The notes under the pieces: model-generated
Seen by the model: only the letters and a program-made list of their open reading frames with translations
What the model was told of the DNA's origin: nothing
The model's database searches: none
NCBI RefSeq assembly: GCF_001194135.2
Contig: NC_068987.1
Coordinates: 75,499,594 to 75,563,593, forward strand
Source of the DNA: Octopus bimaculoides
Lineage: Eukaryota
Direction of reading: 5' to 3'
Length of the DNA: 64,000 nucleotides
Shown here: positions 39,406 through 52,401 of the stretch, one piece after another
Layout of the letters: every line of letters begins with the position of its first letter
Position numbering within the stretch: the stretch's first letter is position 1
Position numbers and translations under genes: made by a program

Positions 39406-39520
39406 GATAAATAAATAGATAGATAGATAGATAACACAGCCTTCCACACAGTTTTTGTCAACTAAATTAACCCACAAAATATTAGTCAGCTCAGGATTAT
39501 AGTTGAAGACACTTGCCGAA
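39197..39520 (+). mobile_element. SINE family B 5' half plus an inverted B fragment
   Basis: gcgcaggagtagctgtgtagtaagaagcttgc...caccttgggcaaatgtcttctactatagcc...gaaagaagcccgtc then (CA)n; 39440-39520 is an inverted partial copy. Confidence 0.75.
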
Positions 39521-40737
39521 TGTGCCGTGAATAAAAAAAAAAAGGCAACAAACGAGCAAGAGCCTGAAAGAACTTAAAAATCCGAAATATGTTCTATGTA
39601 TAGTTCAAGACTGTGTAAATATGTTAGACGTTCGTGTAATTCGTTAGCCTGTAGTAGTAAGCTAACGTATAAATACAAAATATAATCAACTGATTCTTTG
39701 GTTAGAATTTCTCTGTATTTAATGGTGTATGACTGTAAAGAGAAAGAAGAACGAAAACAAAACATAAAGTGTGATCTAGATACACGGTTAAAACTCACAA
39801 ACTATAACGTCTGCAACAGACAGTTTTATTAATCATTGAAGCTAAGATTGTATTACTTACAGAATTAACTTTGTTAATGTGTAATCTTTATAGACAAACT
39901 TTCTATTTTTAGTTTCACAATTTAATCAACGACAACACTTAAGAAATCGAATATGATCGTTTTCATTTATAAATATTTTTGCTGATAAAAGGTTATTTGC
40001 AGTAATAATAAAATTCCTTTTTATGTTTCATACATTTATTCTACTCCTTTTCCTCGATTCTTCTTCCTTTTAACATTGAGAGAAGTATTTTTAACGTTTC
40101 GGGTTATTGCTCTCCGTCAGAGAGTGAGAAAAAAAATGTAGAAGTGATGATGGTGCTGCATTAATTGAGCAGTGAAATATGGGAAAAATTTATAAGTACC
40201 TGGCATTCTATTTTGCAAGATAAGAGCTGATATATTAACTCGAGGTTTTCGCGAAGAATATACTTACTACCTAACAATCCATTTGTGGCCTCCAGTTTTT
40301 GATGACACTTTATAGAATATTGTAGCAATACACAACGCAGACACCATGAAATATAAACATACATACATACATACATACAGGCATACATATATACATACAC
40401 ACACACACACATATACATACATACACACATGCACACATACGCGCGCACACATACATATACACACATATACAGAGAGAGAAAAATATGAATACATAAATAA
40501 TGAGGTATGTAACTTAATAAAATTGATATTAAAATCTGTAATCGAGCATGAATAAATTTAAAGCATAAAATAAATTCTTAAAGAAACGATATCTTAGAAT
40601 GATGATTATGCACCGGTAATCTTGCACTTGACAGAAACTACATTTCTCATCCTTTCTAAATAAAAAAAACTCACTCCATCTCTAAAGGTAATTACATAGC
40701 TACAATAATGAACTGAATAACCTGCTAGTTCACTTAC

Positions 40738-40742
40738 CTACA
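40738..40742 (-). other. Candidate 5-nt microexon (TGTAG)
   Basis: Minus strand: about 90-nt pyrimidine tract, ...ttaatatcttCAG, then TGTAG, then GTAAGT. Splice signals only. Confidence 0.25.
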
Positions 40743-41358
40743 CTGAAGATATTAAATAGAAAGTGTAAAGCAGGGGAAACGAAAAGAAGTGGGGTGGAGA
40801 AAAAGGGAAGGTGAAGAGAGAGAAAGCAAAATAGAGATGGGAAGGGAAGTCCCTTTCATTGGTAATTTCGTTGAATATGTAGCTGACACAAATGGCACAA
40901 CCTGCTGAAAGTAACTGAAAGTCTCACACGTCACATCTTACCGTCTTATAGCTCCTGATGTGCAAACGGTATGATTATCACGACCGGAACAGTTTCCATC
41001 ATAAATTTGTTCGATTATAATTGATCTGAGAATTGAGACAAAAAACAAAAATTACTTCGAGCCAACGCGGTAAGTTTCGGAGTAGATACTTGATCTGTTA
41101 AATAGAGCAGTGAAAGTTCTCTTAAATCACAATCCACTGTCTTTAATTAAGGGAAGAAGACATTAGAATGTAGTCCTCTATATACAAGTAATATACGTTT
41201 TATAAGACGAAATAATATGTTTGTGTGTTTCTGAGTGCACGTTCACTCGCGTGTGTATATTTATATAGATGGCAATGTTAAATTTGCAGACTGTGGAGAA
41301 AGCTTGCTCACCAATGTGTTTATCTTTCATCGATGTACTCACACATGCACATTCTCTC

Positions 41359-41428
<70 letters not shown>

Positions 41429-43546
41429 CAGTCATAAGGCATTGGTCGACTGAAGGCTTTACCTAATGAACCGCACTGTGGGAAGGGATTGAACATGTGC
41501 AATCACCAGTTTGTAAAACCTAACTCTTAACCACATGAACATGTCTGTATGCAAAGCTGTAGAGCACTTCACTAAATACATTCTTACATTTACAGTTCTC
41601 TTACACCCTGGACTGAAAGCTCACCAAAGTCGATACTACTTTTTTATAAAAAAAAGTTATAATAATGCTATGAACTATCAGCACACTAGGATTGATTCAT
41701 CCGATGTTGCTTCTATCTTCTCTACTAAAATAGACGTGCGTAGGTAAAGATAAATTTATATACATTTAAGCTTATCATCGAACTGATTCATTCAAAACGG
41801 CTTGTGGCATTATGAAGTGTTTTATACATAGCTATTTTTCAATGTCGCATACATACCATAAAATATCAGCATGTGATATTTGTTTTTGAATGAAAAATAG
41901 ATGGTAATTTAAAGAATTATTTCAGTATCTTTCCAGATTAATCAATTTATATATGGAAGCAATGTTACTTTATCATTTCATCTTGGTTAAATTTAAGATA
42001 AGGCGACGTGAAGACAAGAAAGTAAACGAGGGACTGAGAGAACAAGAGTGAGAGAGACTAAAAGAGAAACCTCAAGAGAGACCGAGAGAGACTAAGAGAG
42101 AATGCTCAAGAGAGACAGAGAGAAATAAGAAGCTGTGTACGTCAAATAAAGAGGTAGATATGCAGGCATACAGTTAAATAGAAGGGAAAATGCTGGTAAT
42201 TTTTATTTGTCGATTTTCTTTCCATTTGGTTTTCCTTGTTTCTCAGCTTCCGAGTAAGAAACAAGGAAATAAATATCTAAAATAAATATCTATTAAAATT
42301 TTATTTTCGTTTGAATAATTCATATAATTCAAATTAAATATTCCGGATTATTTCTCGTCCAAACCACAGGCTATTCTGCCTTCATAAATATCCATGTGTT
42401 TAACGTATACCGTTTGACTCATTATTAAAATCTAATCTATCGTTTCAAGAAGCGCAAGAATGTGTACACACACACACACGATCGATTATGTTCGTTTTCT
42501 TCTACTTTGAGCGAACGTGAGTATATTAGTATAAAAATGTTGTCACCCCTAGTGAGGTCCAGCAGTAATAAACCGATACAGCATCAACATTTCTCTTAAA
42601 TCATACCATTTCGTTGTTATATTTGTTTACCCCCCAGGTTTTATTATCGTATTGTCAATGACATTCTAGCGGTGACCAATCCAACTTTTCTAACATTATT
42701 CTTCGGACTTTATAACCCTATTAGTAAACCCATCCCTCGGGTTCCGCACTAACAACTTTCCTATTCTTCTGTGCCAAGAACATCAGCTTCTAGCAATTTC
42801 TTCCTGCCCTTGTTTTTTCCTTTAGCACAGCTTAATCTTAACCAAGAGCAACATTAAGCGCATCGATATCTCATGTCCCAGAGGAATGTTCTCGCCGTTC
42901 AACAGTCTTTCTAAACCAAACCAAAGCAAATAAAATATAATATATGAATAAATTAAACAACTTAACCTATGAATTTAAATATAATATTTAATATAATTTA
43001 TAATATTGAAATAGTTATTATAGAAATTATTGGCTTTGGTAACTTAAAAGCATTGAATCTGGACTCTACCGAGTGAAATGGATACGGCTTCTGAGAGAAA
43101 TTTAGCAAGGTGGAATAAAACAACATTCTGGCCCCGGGATGGAGGGGGTATCTTCTCAAAATTCAATGGTGCTGAGTTCTGTTTCCTTTTTTTTGCCCAA
43201 GATGCCCAACGGAGAGACAGAGGCGGCTTCTTGGATTTTCGTGTCTCAGTTCTAATTTCATAGACTCCGGGAGAAGAAAAGATTGCCTGAATCATAAAGT
43301 TTACGGGTGTACGCCATTGAAACACCAATTAATGATAAACTGTCTCTGTTCAATACAACAGTTCTGCGGCTATGTTAGGGCAAAGCCTTGAAGAATTTTA
43401 GTCGAACGAATCGATCCCAGTACTTATCTAATTTTTTTTTAAGCCATGTACTGATTCCATCGGTCTTCTTTGCTGGACAGCTAAATTACGGGGGCAAAAC
43501 CACACCAGCACCGGTTGTCAAGCCGTGGTGGAGGACCTATACAGAT

Positions 43547-43597
<51 letters not shown>

Positions 43598-45659
43598 NNN
43601 NNNNNNNNNNNNNNNNNNNNNNNNNNNNNNNNNNNNNNNNNNNNNNNNNNNNNNNNNNNNNNNNNNNNNNNNNNNNNNNNNNNNNNNNNNNNNNNNNNNN
43701 NNNNNNNNNNNNNNNNNNNNNNNNNNNNNNNNNNNNNNNNNNNNNNNNNNNNNNNNNNNNNNNNNNNNNNNNNNNNNNNNNNNNNNNNNNNNNNNNNNNN
43801 NNNNNNNNNNNNNNNNNNNNNNNNNNNNNNNNNNNNNNNNNNNNNNNNNNNNNNNNNNNNNNNNNNNNNNNNNNNNNNNNNNNNNNNNNNNNNNNNNNNN
43901 NNNNNNNNNNNNNNNNNNNNNNNNNNNNNNNNNNNNNNNNNNNNNNNNNNNNNNNNNNNNNNNNNNNNNNNNNNNNNNNNNNNNNNNNNNNNNNNNNNNN
44001 NNNNNNNNNNNNNNNNNNNNNNNNNNNNNNNCCCCCCCTCTCTCTCTTTCTTCTATTGATCTTTTTCTTTTGTATCTCTCCTTTTCTTTGACTCTTTCTA
44101 TGCTATTTATATGGAAGGATCGATTGGTTACCTTAAGCTTCGGTTCTCTTTTGGTAACGCGAGAAAATGGAACCAAGTACTCATTTAGTTGATTTGTTAT
44201 TGTTGTTGCTGTCGTCGTTATTGTTTAACCCTAGGTTTATCTGGATTAAACCTACTTACGATCAAAAACATTAGAACCATGACTGTTTACGACTACCAGG
44301 GCATATAATATCCAATATCCCATTTCCTTTCCCAAGAAGTTAAGATATGATTTGCGGGAGATTTGGTCGCTATTTCTAGTTGTCTGAGCGACTACAGACT
44401 GGCTCCATCGCATTGTTATTGTTATAGTTGTTTTTGCAACTATTTCAGTACGAGTATGCCTTTAACGACTGTTAAAGACTACTACAACAACAACTAATTT
44501 AGTAACAACAAAAGCAACAATAACTACAAAAACAAAAACAACACCAACACTATCATTGCTCCAAACCTTCAGTCACAAAAGTACATCAGTATGACATGTT
44601 TTGTTAGAAGAAAACTAAAACAAAATCAATAAAGAAAAAGGCAGCTTTAGAAAATACATCAGTGGGTAATTTTTTATTTTATTTTTCCTTTCAGTCAAGC
44701 TAACTGATGTTTAACAAATATCTTAAGCGACGAATGCCTATCGTTTTACCTGGGGGTCATTTAGCAAATGATAAAAGCGATAAGCACCCGATATTTGATA
44801 CGAAAAACGCGAGAGTGTATATATATACATCCGTACCTTAAGTGATGCTGTAGTTATATAAGTAAATGTCACCGTGGTCTCATTAATACAAATAAATAAA
44901 TACACAACATAGAGAGAAATATAATTCGTAATTCTATGGAGTAATAAATACCAAGTTCAACCATATATTGAAGAACGTTATACACACCCACTCACGTACA
45001 CACACACACACACGCGCACACACACATACATGCACATACATACACATACATACACACACATACTCTCTCCTCCTCTCACAAACATACGCACATACATGCA
45101 CATACACATACACACATGCACACTCACCCACACACGCATATACCCACATATTCTATTCTGCATTTGAAGCTCAGAACCGCTTCTATCTTTTCTATGTTAC
45201 CTCTGCTTGCCTTTTAAAAGTCAAGAACCGAGAAAATCTCGTAGTAAAATGCTCCACAACGTCCAGTCCCACATAGCTAAGCTCTTTTAAATATGCTCGC
45301 CGACAATGTAGCGCCTACCCCTACATTAACAGTACTACAAGCATCACTGAGCCTAAGACACATCATATTATTCAGAACTCCTTGTTACATATCGTCTAGC
45401 CATATATATTGCATCATATGCAAACTTTACGGCGTCTTTTACATTTTGGGGAACAAGTCGACGCCTTTCTGATCGCTTTCTGGAGCCTAGCTAATCTGTC
45501 GCCGCCAATTTCAACACTTCTGGCCATTCTAGCGCCCAGTTGTCAGTGTGCAGTATCGCCGCAACCCATGGATTCATTTTCTCAAGGAAGCGAAGGGAAC
45601 AACGTTTCATATTCGAACTTGGTACCATGTTACCGATAGGTTAGAATGAACGTAACCTT

Positions 45660-46005
45660 TTCATATACTTCAACTCCCCCCTGTCCTCCTCTTTTCCCTT
45701 CATATCACTCTCATCTTTGTCTACTTCACCACATTCCATTAACCTTCCCTTCTTTCTTTTACACTATTTCTGTTACTACTTCTTGCTCACATAAGAAGCT
45801 CGCGTGGCTCTACGTTCCCCATCAGTTGCAACTTGATTTTTATTTTAACTATTTATTTATCACCCTACGAGGTACATCTGGACCACCGGATGCTCCTGAA
45901 CCAGTTGTTGAGTGTCCCACCCAAGAGGAATCGATGCTAGATGTGCCGAAACGGTTGTCGTGATTAATAATACATTCTCGTATATTCCATCTTCTGTCTT
46001 TCATT
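45660..46005 (+). mobile_element. Probable Penelope-like 3' terminal fragment
   Basis: C/T-rich stretch ending ...ccaagaggaatcgatgctagatgtgccgaaacggttgtcgtgattaataatacattc, a PLE-terminus-like layout (degenerate ctgaagag...ccgaaac), followed by (TATG)n. Confidence 0.4.
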
Positions 46006-46012
46006 TGTTATA

Positions 46013-46048
<36 letters not shown>

Positions 46049-46094
46049 TGTATGTATGTATGTATGTATGTATGTATGTATGTATGTATGTATG

Positions 46095-47446
46095 GTGGTT
46101 GTCTGCTTATGCAGAGTTTGACCACCTCCTGTACCTATAGCTTAGAACCATTATGCCATCAGATGTGTCTTTTTTGAACCAATGTTTTGAAAAGACACCC
46201 ACATAGACTGCATATCCGATTTGGACCACCAAGAGCTGCAGATAAGTTCTGATCTTTGTGGCTCTTAAAATGTCATTTGAGGCCTCCGTTAGATTTACAG
46301 ACCTTCTGGCATACATTGCATTGAAAGGTGTGCACAGACATTTAGGCAGAATAGTTGGTGGTTGTTCGTTTTCTATGGGTCTGCAAATGAGATTAGAGCC
46401 CAGCAAAAGAAAGGCATGGTCTATCAAAAACTGTGCCCACAAAAAGGTCATTGTCATTCAGCTTCTTGATCGTTACAGTCTTCTTTAAATCTCTCTTGAG
46501 TCTTGCATGCGTTATCTACACCTTTCTTCGCCATCCAGCTCGATCCGAAGCAAGGGTTTCTATGTCCTCTGGATCCATTCTAAGTGACTTCATGGTAATC
46601 CTTTTGCCATCCTTAAACCATAAAGCAGCTGTCATCTGCCATTCGAACAATATGATCACACCATCTCATTTGTTTTTTCAAAATCATTGCTTTCATTGAG
46701 GTGATTCCTGCAGACGCAAGGGCATCTGTGTTTCGAGTAAAAGAATTCCATTTAATGTTTAAAATGCGATGAAGGCATTTTTGGTGGAAGTGATCTAACA
46801 ATTTTAAATGTCTTTCATAACATGTCCATATTTTAGAAGAATACAACACGGACGGTAAGACAAATGATTTGTAAAGAGCCAATTTTGTATTATTATTTGC
46901 ATGTCGTTGGCGCCAAACGCGTAACTCCAAGTCACCAAATGCCTGCGCTGCCCTTTGAATTCGCAGATATATTACTGAGTCCAAATTTCCATCACTTTGT
47001 ACAAAGCTTCCAAGATAGATGAAAGAATCAACAACTTCAAGTAGATTACCCGTAATAAAACTTTTAGTGGGGTTGTAAACAGCACCACATGCAGGTTGAT
47101 ACATTACAACTGTTGATGGCCAAGCTAAAATCATTACATGCTGAGTCAAATGCAGATACAAGAGTTTGGAGACCTGTTTCAGAATGACTGACTAGATCAC
47201 AATCGTCAGCGTATAAGAGTTCCCTAATGAGTGAAGTAAAAACCTTCGTTTTGAATTTCAGTCTGGTCAGATTAAAAATATTCCCTGTTGTTCGATATTT
47301 TATGTAAATACCATCCTCGGACTTTTGAAAAGCGTGTGACAACACAACAGTAAAATATATTGCACAAAGGGCGGGTGTATCAATGTCACCTTGCTTTACT
47401 CCATTTTTCACGGTAAAAGATTTAGAGAGCCTACCACCCAAATTAA

Positions 47447-47448
<2 letters not shown>
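46095..47448 (-). mobile_element. RTE-clade (BovB-like) LINE, 5'-truncated pseudo-copy
   Basis: VKNGVKQGD..P.L..IYF...GNIFNLTRLKFKTKVFTSLIRELLYADDCDLVSHS, then VVDSFIYLGS...RIQRAAQAFGDLELRVW...TKLALYKSFVLPSVLYSSKIWTCY...FHQKCLHRILNIKW. Confidence 0.93.
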
Positions 47449-47499
<51 letters not shown>

Positions 47500-47790
47500 C
47501 ATGTATGTATATATGCATGTATGTATGATACATATATAAAAAATATATAAATATGAATTATATGCATACATATTTATAGACATACATAGATAGTTACATG
47601 AATATAGAAACAGTGAAAGTGAGTGTGCTACATTGTATTGGTGGATAAGTATTATTTATTGGTTAAAAGACCACCTTTAGTTTCATGCTGGGAATTCTCA
47701 GGAATTATCAAGCGTGCTTCAAAGGATGTCGGTACTCGTCTCTGTCTTGGATGAGAATATATTAGATTGTAAAGTTACTTTATGCAAACC

Positions 47791-47861
<71 letters not shown>

Positions 47862-49497
47862 TGTGTGTGCGTATATATGTATGTATGTATGTATGTATCT
47901 GCTTAAATATATTTTTACGTGCTTCTGTTGCATATAGACTTTGTACACTCAAGGCTTTGGATCTCGGCGTTGAAACCTCTCAGTTGACGACTGTACTATT
48001 TGTAGTCACTGATGATCTTGAATGCTGCTACTTGATGTCTGTTTAACGACTTTAGATATTTAGAGTGGAACTCTTGGTGCATAAGCGATAATTTGCAGGA
48101 TTCAAGACATAAGTGTATAGTATTCTTTAATGCAGTATTTCTGACAGGGTTGAAATTTGCACTGGGAATCACATTTTCGATCTGATGGTAATTGAAGCTT
48201 GTTTAGTTATATTTTGAAATATAATACGCACGTTACCAAGAAAGCGCTTAAAAAACAATTGCGCGGGCGTTACATGCAGAAACAGCTGTTTCAAGCTCAC
48301 ATTTTTCAGTTCATTTCTGGCTCTCGAGGGAATAATTGAAGCGTCTTAAATCTCAAACAATGGAGGTCATTCTAAGAACTCTCCTCATGAAATTGCATTG
48401 ACATCTAAATGATATTTAAAAAGAAAACATTTTACTGAAAACACTTGGTAACCAACCTTTTTTAACAACCTAAAACAAGTCAAAATTCAAAATGGCTGTT
48501 ACACAAAAAGTAATTAGCTCCGTGCATACTAACTACGAAAAATTTTAATATTTTTCAGACGTTTACTTCTTTGAAAAAAAAATCCTTATTTTCGCTCAAG
48601 CAAAGGTTATACAGTGTTTTAGATTTAAAGCTATCCTTCCTGTCGNNNNNNNNNNNNNNNNNNNNNNNNNNNNNNNNNNNNNNNNNNNNNNNNNNNNNNN
48701 NNNNNNNNNNNNNNNNNNNNNNNNNNNNNNNNNNNNNNNNNNNNNNNNNNNNNNNNNNNNNNNNNNNNNNNNNNNNNNNNNNNNNNNNNNNNNNNNNNNN
48801 NNNNNNNNNNNNNNNNNNNNNNNNNNNNNNNNNNNNNNNNNNNNNNNNNNNNNNNNNNNNNNNNNNNNNNNNNNNNNNNNNNNNNNNNNNNNNATATATA
48901 TATATGCATATTATCGACTTTGCCAAACAGTTACCATCTATTGGGCAATTCGAATGAATACTAAAGTTGCATGATTTGTCCTAGCTGCCTTTTTGCCTCT
49001 CTTCTCATTTCAGCTTTGCGGCATTATAACCTCTGATATATCAACCGAAATTTTTATTAAATGAATAACTAATCATAGTAGAGATCCTTTTTCATAAAGT
49101 AATATACTTATGTTATTGTGTGTGGGAAGAGTCATTCTCTTTTAGTGCCTTATTACTTAACACACTCACCGGTTCGATTTCCACTCATTAACTTATTTAC
49201 AAATACAAAAACGAAATATACTTCTGCTTTGGCAGAAAATAGTAATCTATTAAATTAAGTATTCTTTAGCTATATTAGTTCTTAATGATAGATTAGATAC
49301 TGGGTTGTACTATAAAATCTATTTTTCTTCTTCCTTGTCTTATGTTGTGTGGTCTAATTATTTTAACGTGTCTAATCTTATCTGAGAATCCACTATTTTT
49401 TAGCACATCATTATAATAGCCGGCTGTTCTATAAAAGTATCTTCACCAGAAGATATTGAGATATCCATTTATTCACGTTGTCGACCAAGTTCCTCCA

Positions 49498-49560
49498 GAT
49501 AAAGATACTACGACGTTGATAAAGATACTACGACGTTGATAAAGATACTACGACGTTGAT
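49498..49560 (+). repeat. Perfect 20-bp tandem repeat, 3 copies
   Basis: gataaagatactacgacgtt at 49498, 49518 and 49538. Confidence 0.97.
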
Positions 49561-49962
49561 TTCATTTCTACTTTATGTGTATTATATTCATATTTAGTTT
49601 GTGGTATGGTGTGAAAGTCTTATCCAGTTTGTAGAAAATTAACGGTGATAAAGTTTCTATCTACAGTAATAATACTACGTCCTCTTTCATGAAATACCTT
49701 AATCAAATTGCTAGAATAAATTACTTTCTGCACATATGTATACTTGCAGGTATCTGTGCAGGCACACACACACACACATCGAACCTTAAAGTGCTCAATA
49801 TATAATGCACTCACTTGGAAATATGTAGAGTCTAGTGCATGTATTTATCTTTAACGGACGTATATATAAGGTATCACGGAGTCCACACAAATTAACATCC
49901 ATTGGGCGTGAAACCAAAATATAGATTTAATGGCATAGTTACTAAGCACAGACAGACAGATA

Positions 49963-50006
<44 letters not shown>

Positions 50007-50397
50007 CACACACACACACACACGCACACACACACACACATACACACACAAACACACATACATACACACACATACACATACACATACACACACACTCACT
50101 CATATAGGCAAATACGCGCACAAACATATCAGATAAACAACATGCATACGCATATTTTCGTTTTAGTTCTTTAAAAAATGTCGACTCGATTTATACTCCC
50201 GGATTTCAGTCTATGAAAACATCTGTTTTCTCAATCTGAAATTTTAGATCTTAAAGGCTGAAGTAAGTAAGTATATAAATATGTATGTATATATGTATAT
50301 ATGAATAAATAAATAAACAAAATTCTTGAAATTCTCACTGCTGATATTAACTGCTATTTTTTCCCTCCTTCTTAATCACTTCTCGATCTACTTGCAG

Positions 50398-50493
50398 GGT
50401 AAAGGTATTATGAAGACATATTGGTTAAAGGGAGAGCAGGTCGTGAAAACAGAAAAACCAGACCCATACTGTCTAACACCACCTTCAGAGTAA
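50398..50493 (+). CDS. Probable terminal coding exon of a class III nucleotide cyclase, most likely a receptor (natriuretic-peptide-receptor-like) guanylyl cyclase: GKGIMKTYWLKGEQVVKTEKPDPYCLTPPSE*
   Basis: Pyrimidine tract and ttgCAG acceptor at 50397, phase 0. GKGxMxTYWL is the C-terminal catalytic-domain signature of guanylyl cyclases, and the K|GKG exon boundary is the one used in NPR-type genes. Stop TAA at 50491-50493; AATAAA at about 50533 and 51301. Confidence 0.88.
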   Translation, partial: GKGIMKTYWLKGEQVVKTEKPDPYCLTPPSE

Positions 50494-50534
50494 AAGTAGA
50501 TGCGATAGATGAGCGGGAGAGAATTATACGAGAA

Positions 50535-50597
<63 letters not shown>

Positions 50598-50739
50598 CAG
50601 ACAGAGAGAGACAGTGATAAACAGAAATTAAAGAAGAACAAGTATATAGAAAGGATGCATGAAAGAAAGTATGGATGTTAAAAAAAATGCTTAGTTTATA
50701 TTGGTGACTGGCCGAATTTACTGCACGTTCATGGATGTA

Positions 50740-51190
50740 CTCTAGATCAATGTATGAACCCTAGACTAGTGTGAGTATCCTACCCTGATATCCTACATTG
50801 ATCAATAGGCCCTAGATTAATCAATATCATATACCCTATTTTGATGAATCTATTCTCGACTAATATACTCAAAATTGATGTACCCTAGCTTAATGAATAT
50901 GCTCTAGATTGATCAATCCCTACATTTTTGAATGCACACTAGATTGACGGATTTACTCTTGATTGATGAAAGTAATCTATTATAAATTAACTGACGTGCT
51001 CTAGGTTGGTTATCATACCAAAAATCAATTTACGCTAGATTAATTAGCGTATCCATGATTGATTAATGTACCTTGGATTGGTAAGTATACCATAGAATAA
51101 TTAATATGCTCAAGAATAGCGAATGTTTCCTAGATTGATTGATTGATAGACCCAACATTGGCGAATGCACATTAAACTGATCAATATTCC
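50740..51190 (+). repeat. Cryptic degenerate minisatellite, about 19-20 bp unit (approx. CTAGATTGATGAATRTAC), roughly 20 copies
   Basis: ctagatt/ctacatt/cttgatt anchors recur about every 19-20 nt (e.g. about 50793, 50812, 50885, 50904, 50920, 50939, 50958, 51035, 51054, 51072, 51130). Confidence 0.75.
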
Positions 51191-52121
51191 CGAGTCATAT
51201 ACTTATCCTGAAGTTGGCACATTATTTCAATTTTTTTCATGTCTGTCTTGTAGTTTTAAAAATACACTGAAAATACACTCAGCTTGCATTGGCCAAGAGG
51301 AATAAAGTGCAAAATAAGAAGTGAATGTAACACAATGATTATTAGTTATTATACTTCTAATTGCTGGTGTTGACTCATAGCTTTGATCAAGCAAACCTAT
51401 GATCAGAAAAAATTCCTTATGTGACCATCGCATCTTTTTATATTTAGACATGGTATAATTATGACTTTATTATCAATGAATTCTTCCTGTTTCTTTTTTT
51501 TTTTGTTCAAGACTGTAGGATGTAATTTGAAAGAAATTTGGTACCTATTCGTAGTAGGTCGAGCGACCGCATATTAAGTCGTTTTCCACCAGTAATTAGA
51601 GATATAGAAAAGCAGAGTCGGAGCAGTGGTGTAAAATGACGGGAACAAAAGGATTTGATAATAACAGTTGGATATATTAGGATTAAAGGTTAGAGTGGAA
51701 GCTGATGAGAATAATGGTAGTGGTTGTGGTGGTGAGGATGATGATGATGATGATATATATATATATATATATANNNNNNNNNNNNNNNNNNNNNNNNNNN
51801 NNNNNNNNNNNNNNNNNNNNNNNNNNNNNNNNNNNNNNNNNNNNNNNNNNNNNNNNNNNNNNNNNNNNNNNNNNNNNNNNNNNNNNNNNNNNNNNNNNNN
51901 NNNNNNNNNNNNNNNNNNNNNNNNNNNNNNNNNNNNNNNNNNNNNNNNNNNNNNNNNNNNNNNNNNNNNNNNNNNNNNNNNNNNNNNNNNNNNNNNNNNN
52001 NNNNNNNNNNNNNNNNNNNNNNNNNNNNNNNNNNNNNNNNNNNNNNNNNNNNNNNNNNNNNNNNNNNNNNNNNNNNNNNNNNNNNNNNNNNNNNNNNNNN
52101 NNNNNNNNNNNNNNNNNNNNN

Positions 52122-52185
<64 letters not shown>

Positions 52186-52401
52186 CTATATAATAGTTTG
52201 ATAATAAGATGGTATGAAACCGTTATTTTTATCAAAATTCGCTGGCACTAAATACATGCCCTCAATACTGTTAACATTCTCTACTTAATGTTTTCAGCTG
52301 GCGATTGTTATTTAGAAGGCTTTGTTCGAAAATCATCACAATAGCTGGATGCCTCTATATGTGTGTGAGTGTGTGTATGTGCGTGTGTTTATATATATGT
52401 A

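Noticed and set aside
49014-49110. Good acceptor starting (A)LRHY..., considered as the penultimate cyclase exon (ALxIH...)
   Set aside because: That frame stops after a few codons, and there is no RGxVExK or suitable phase-0 donor.
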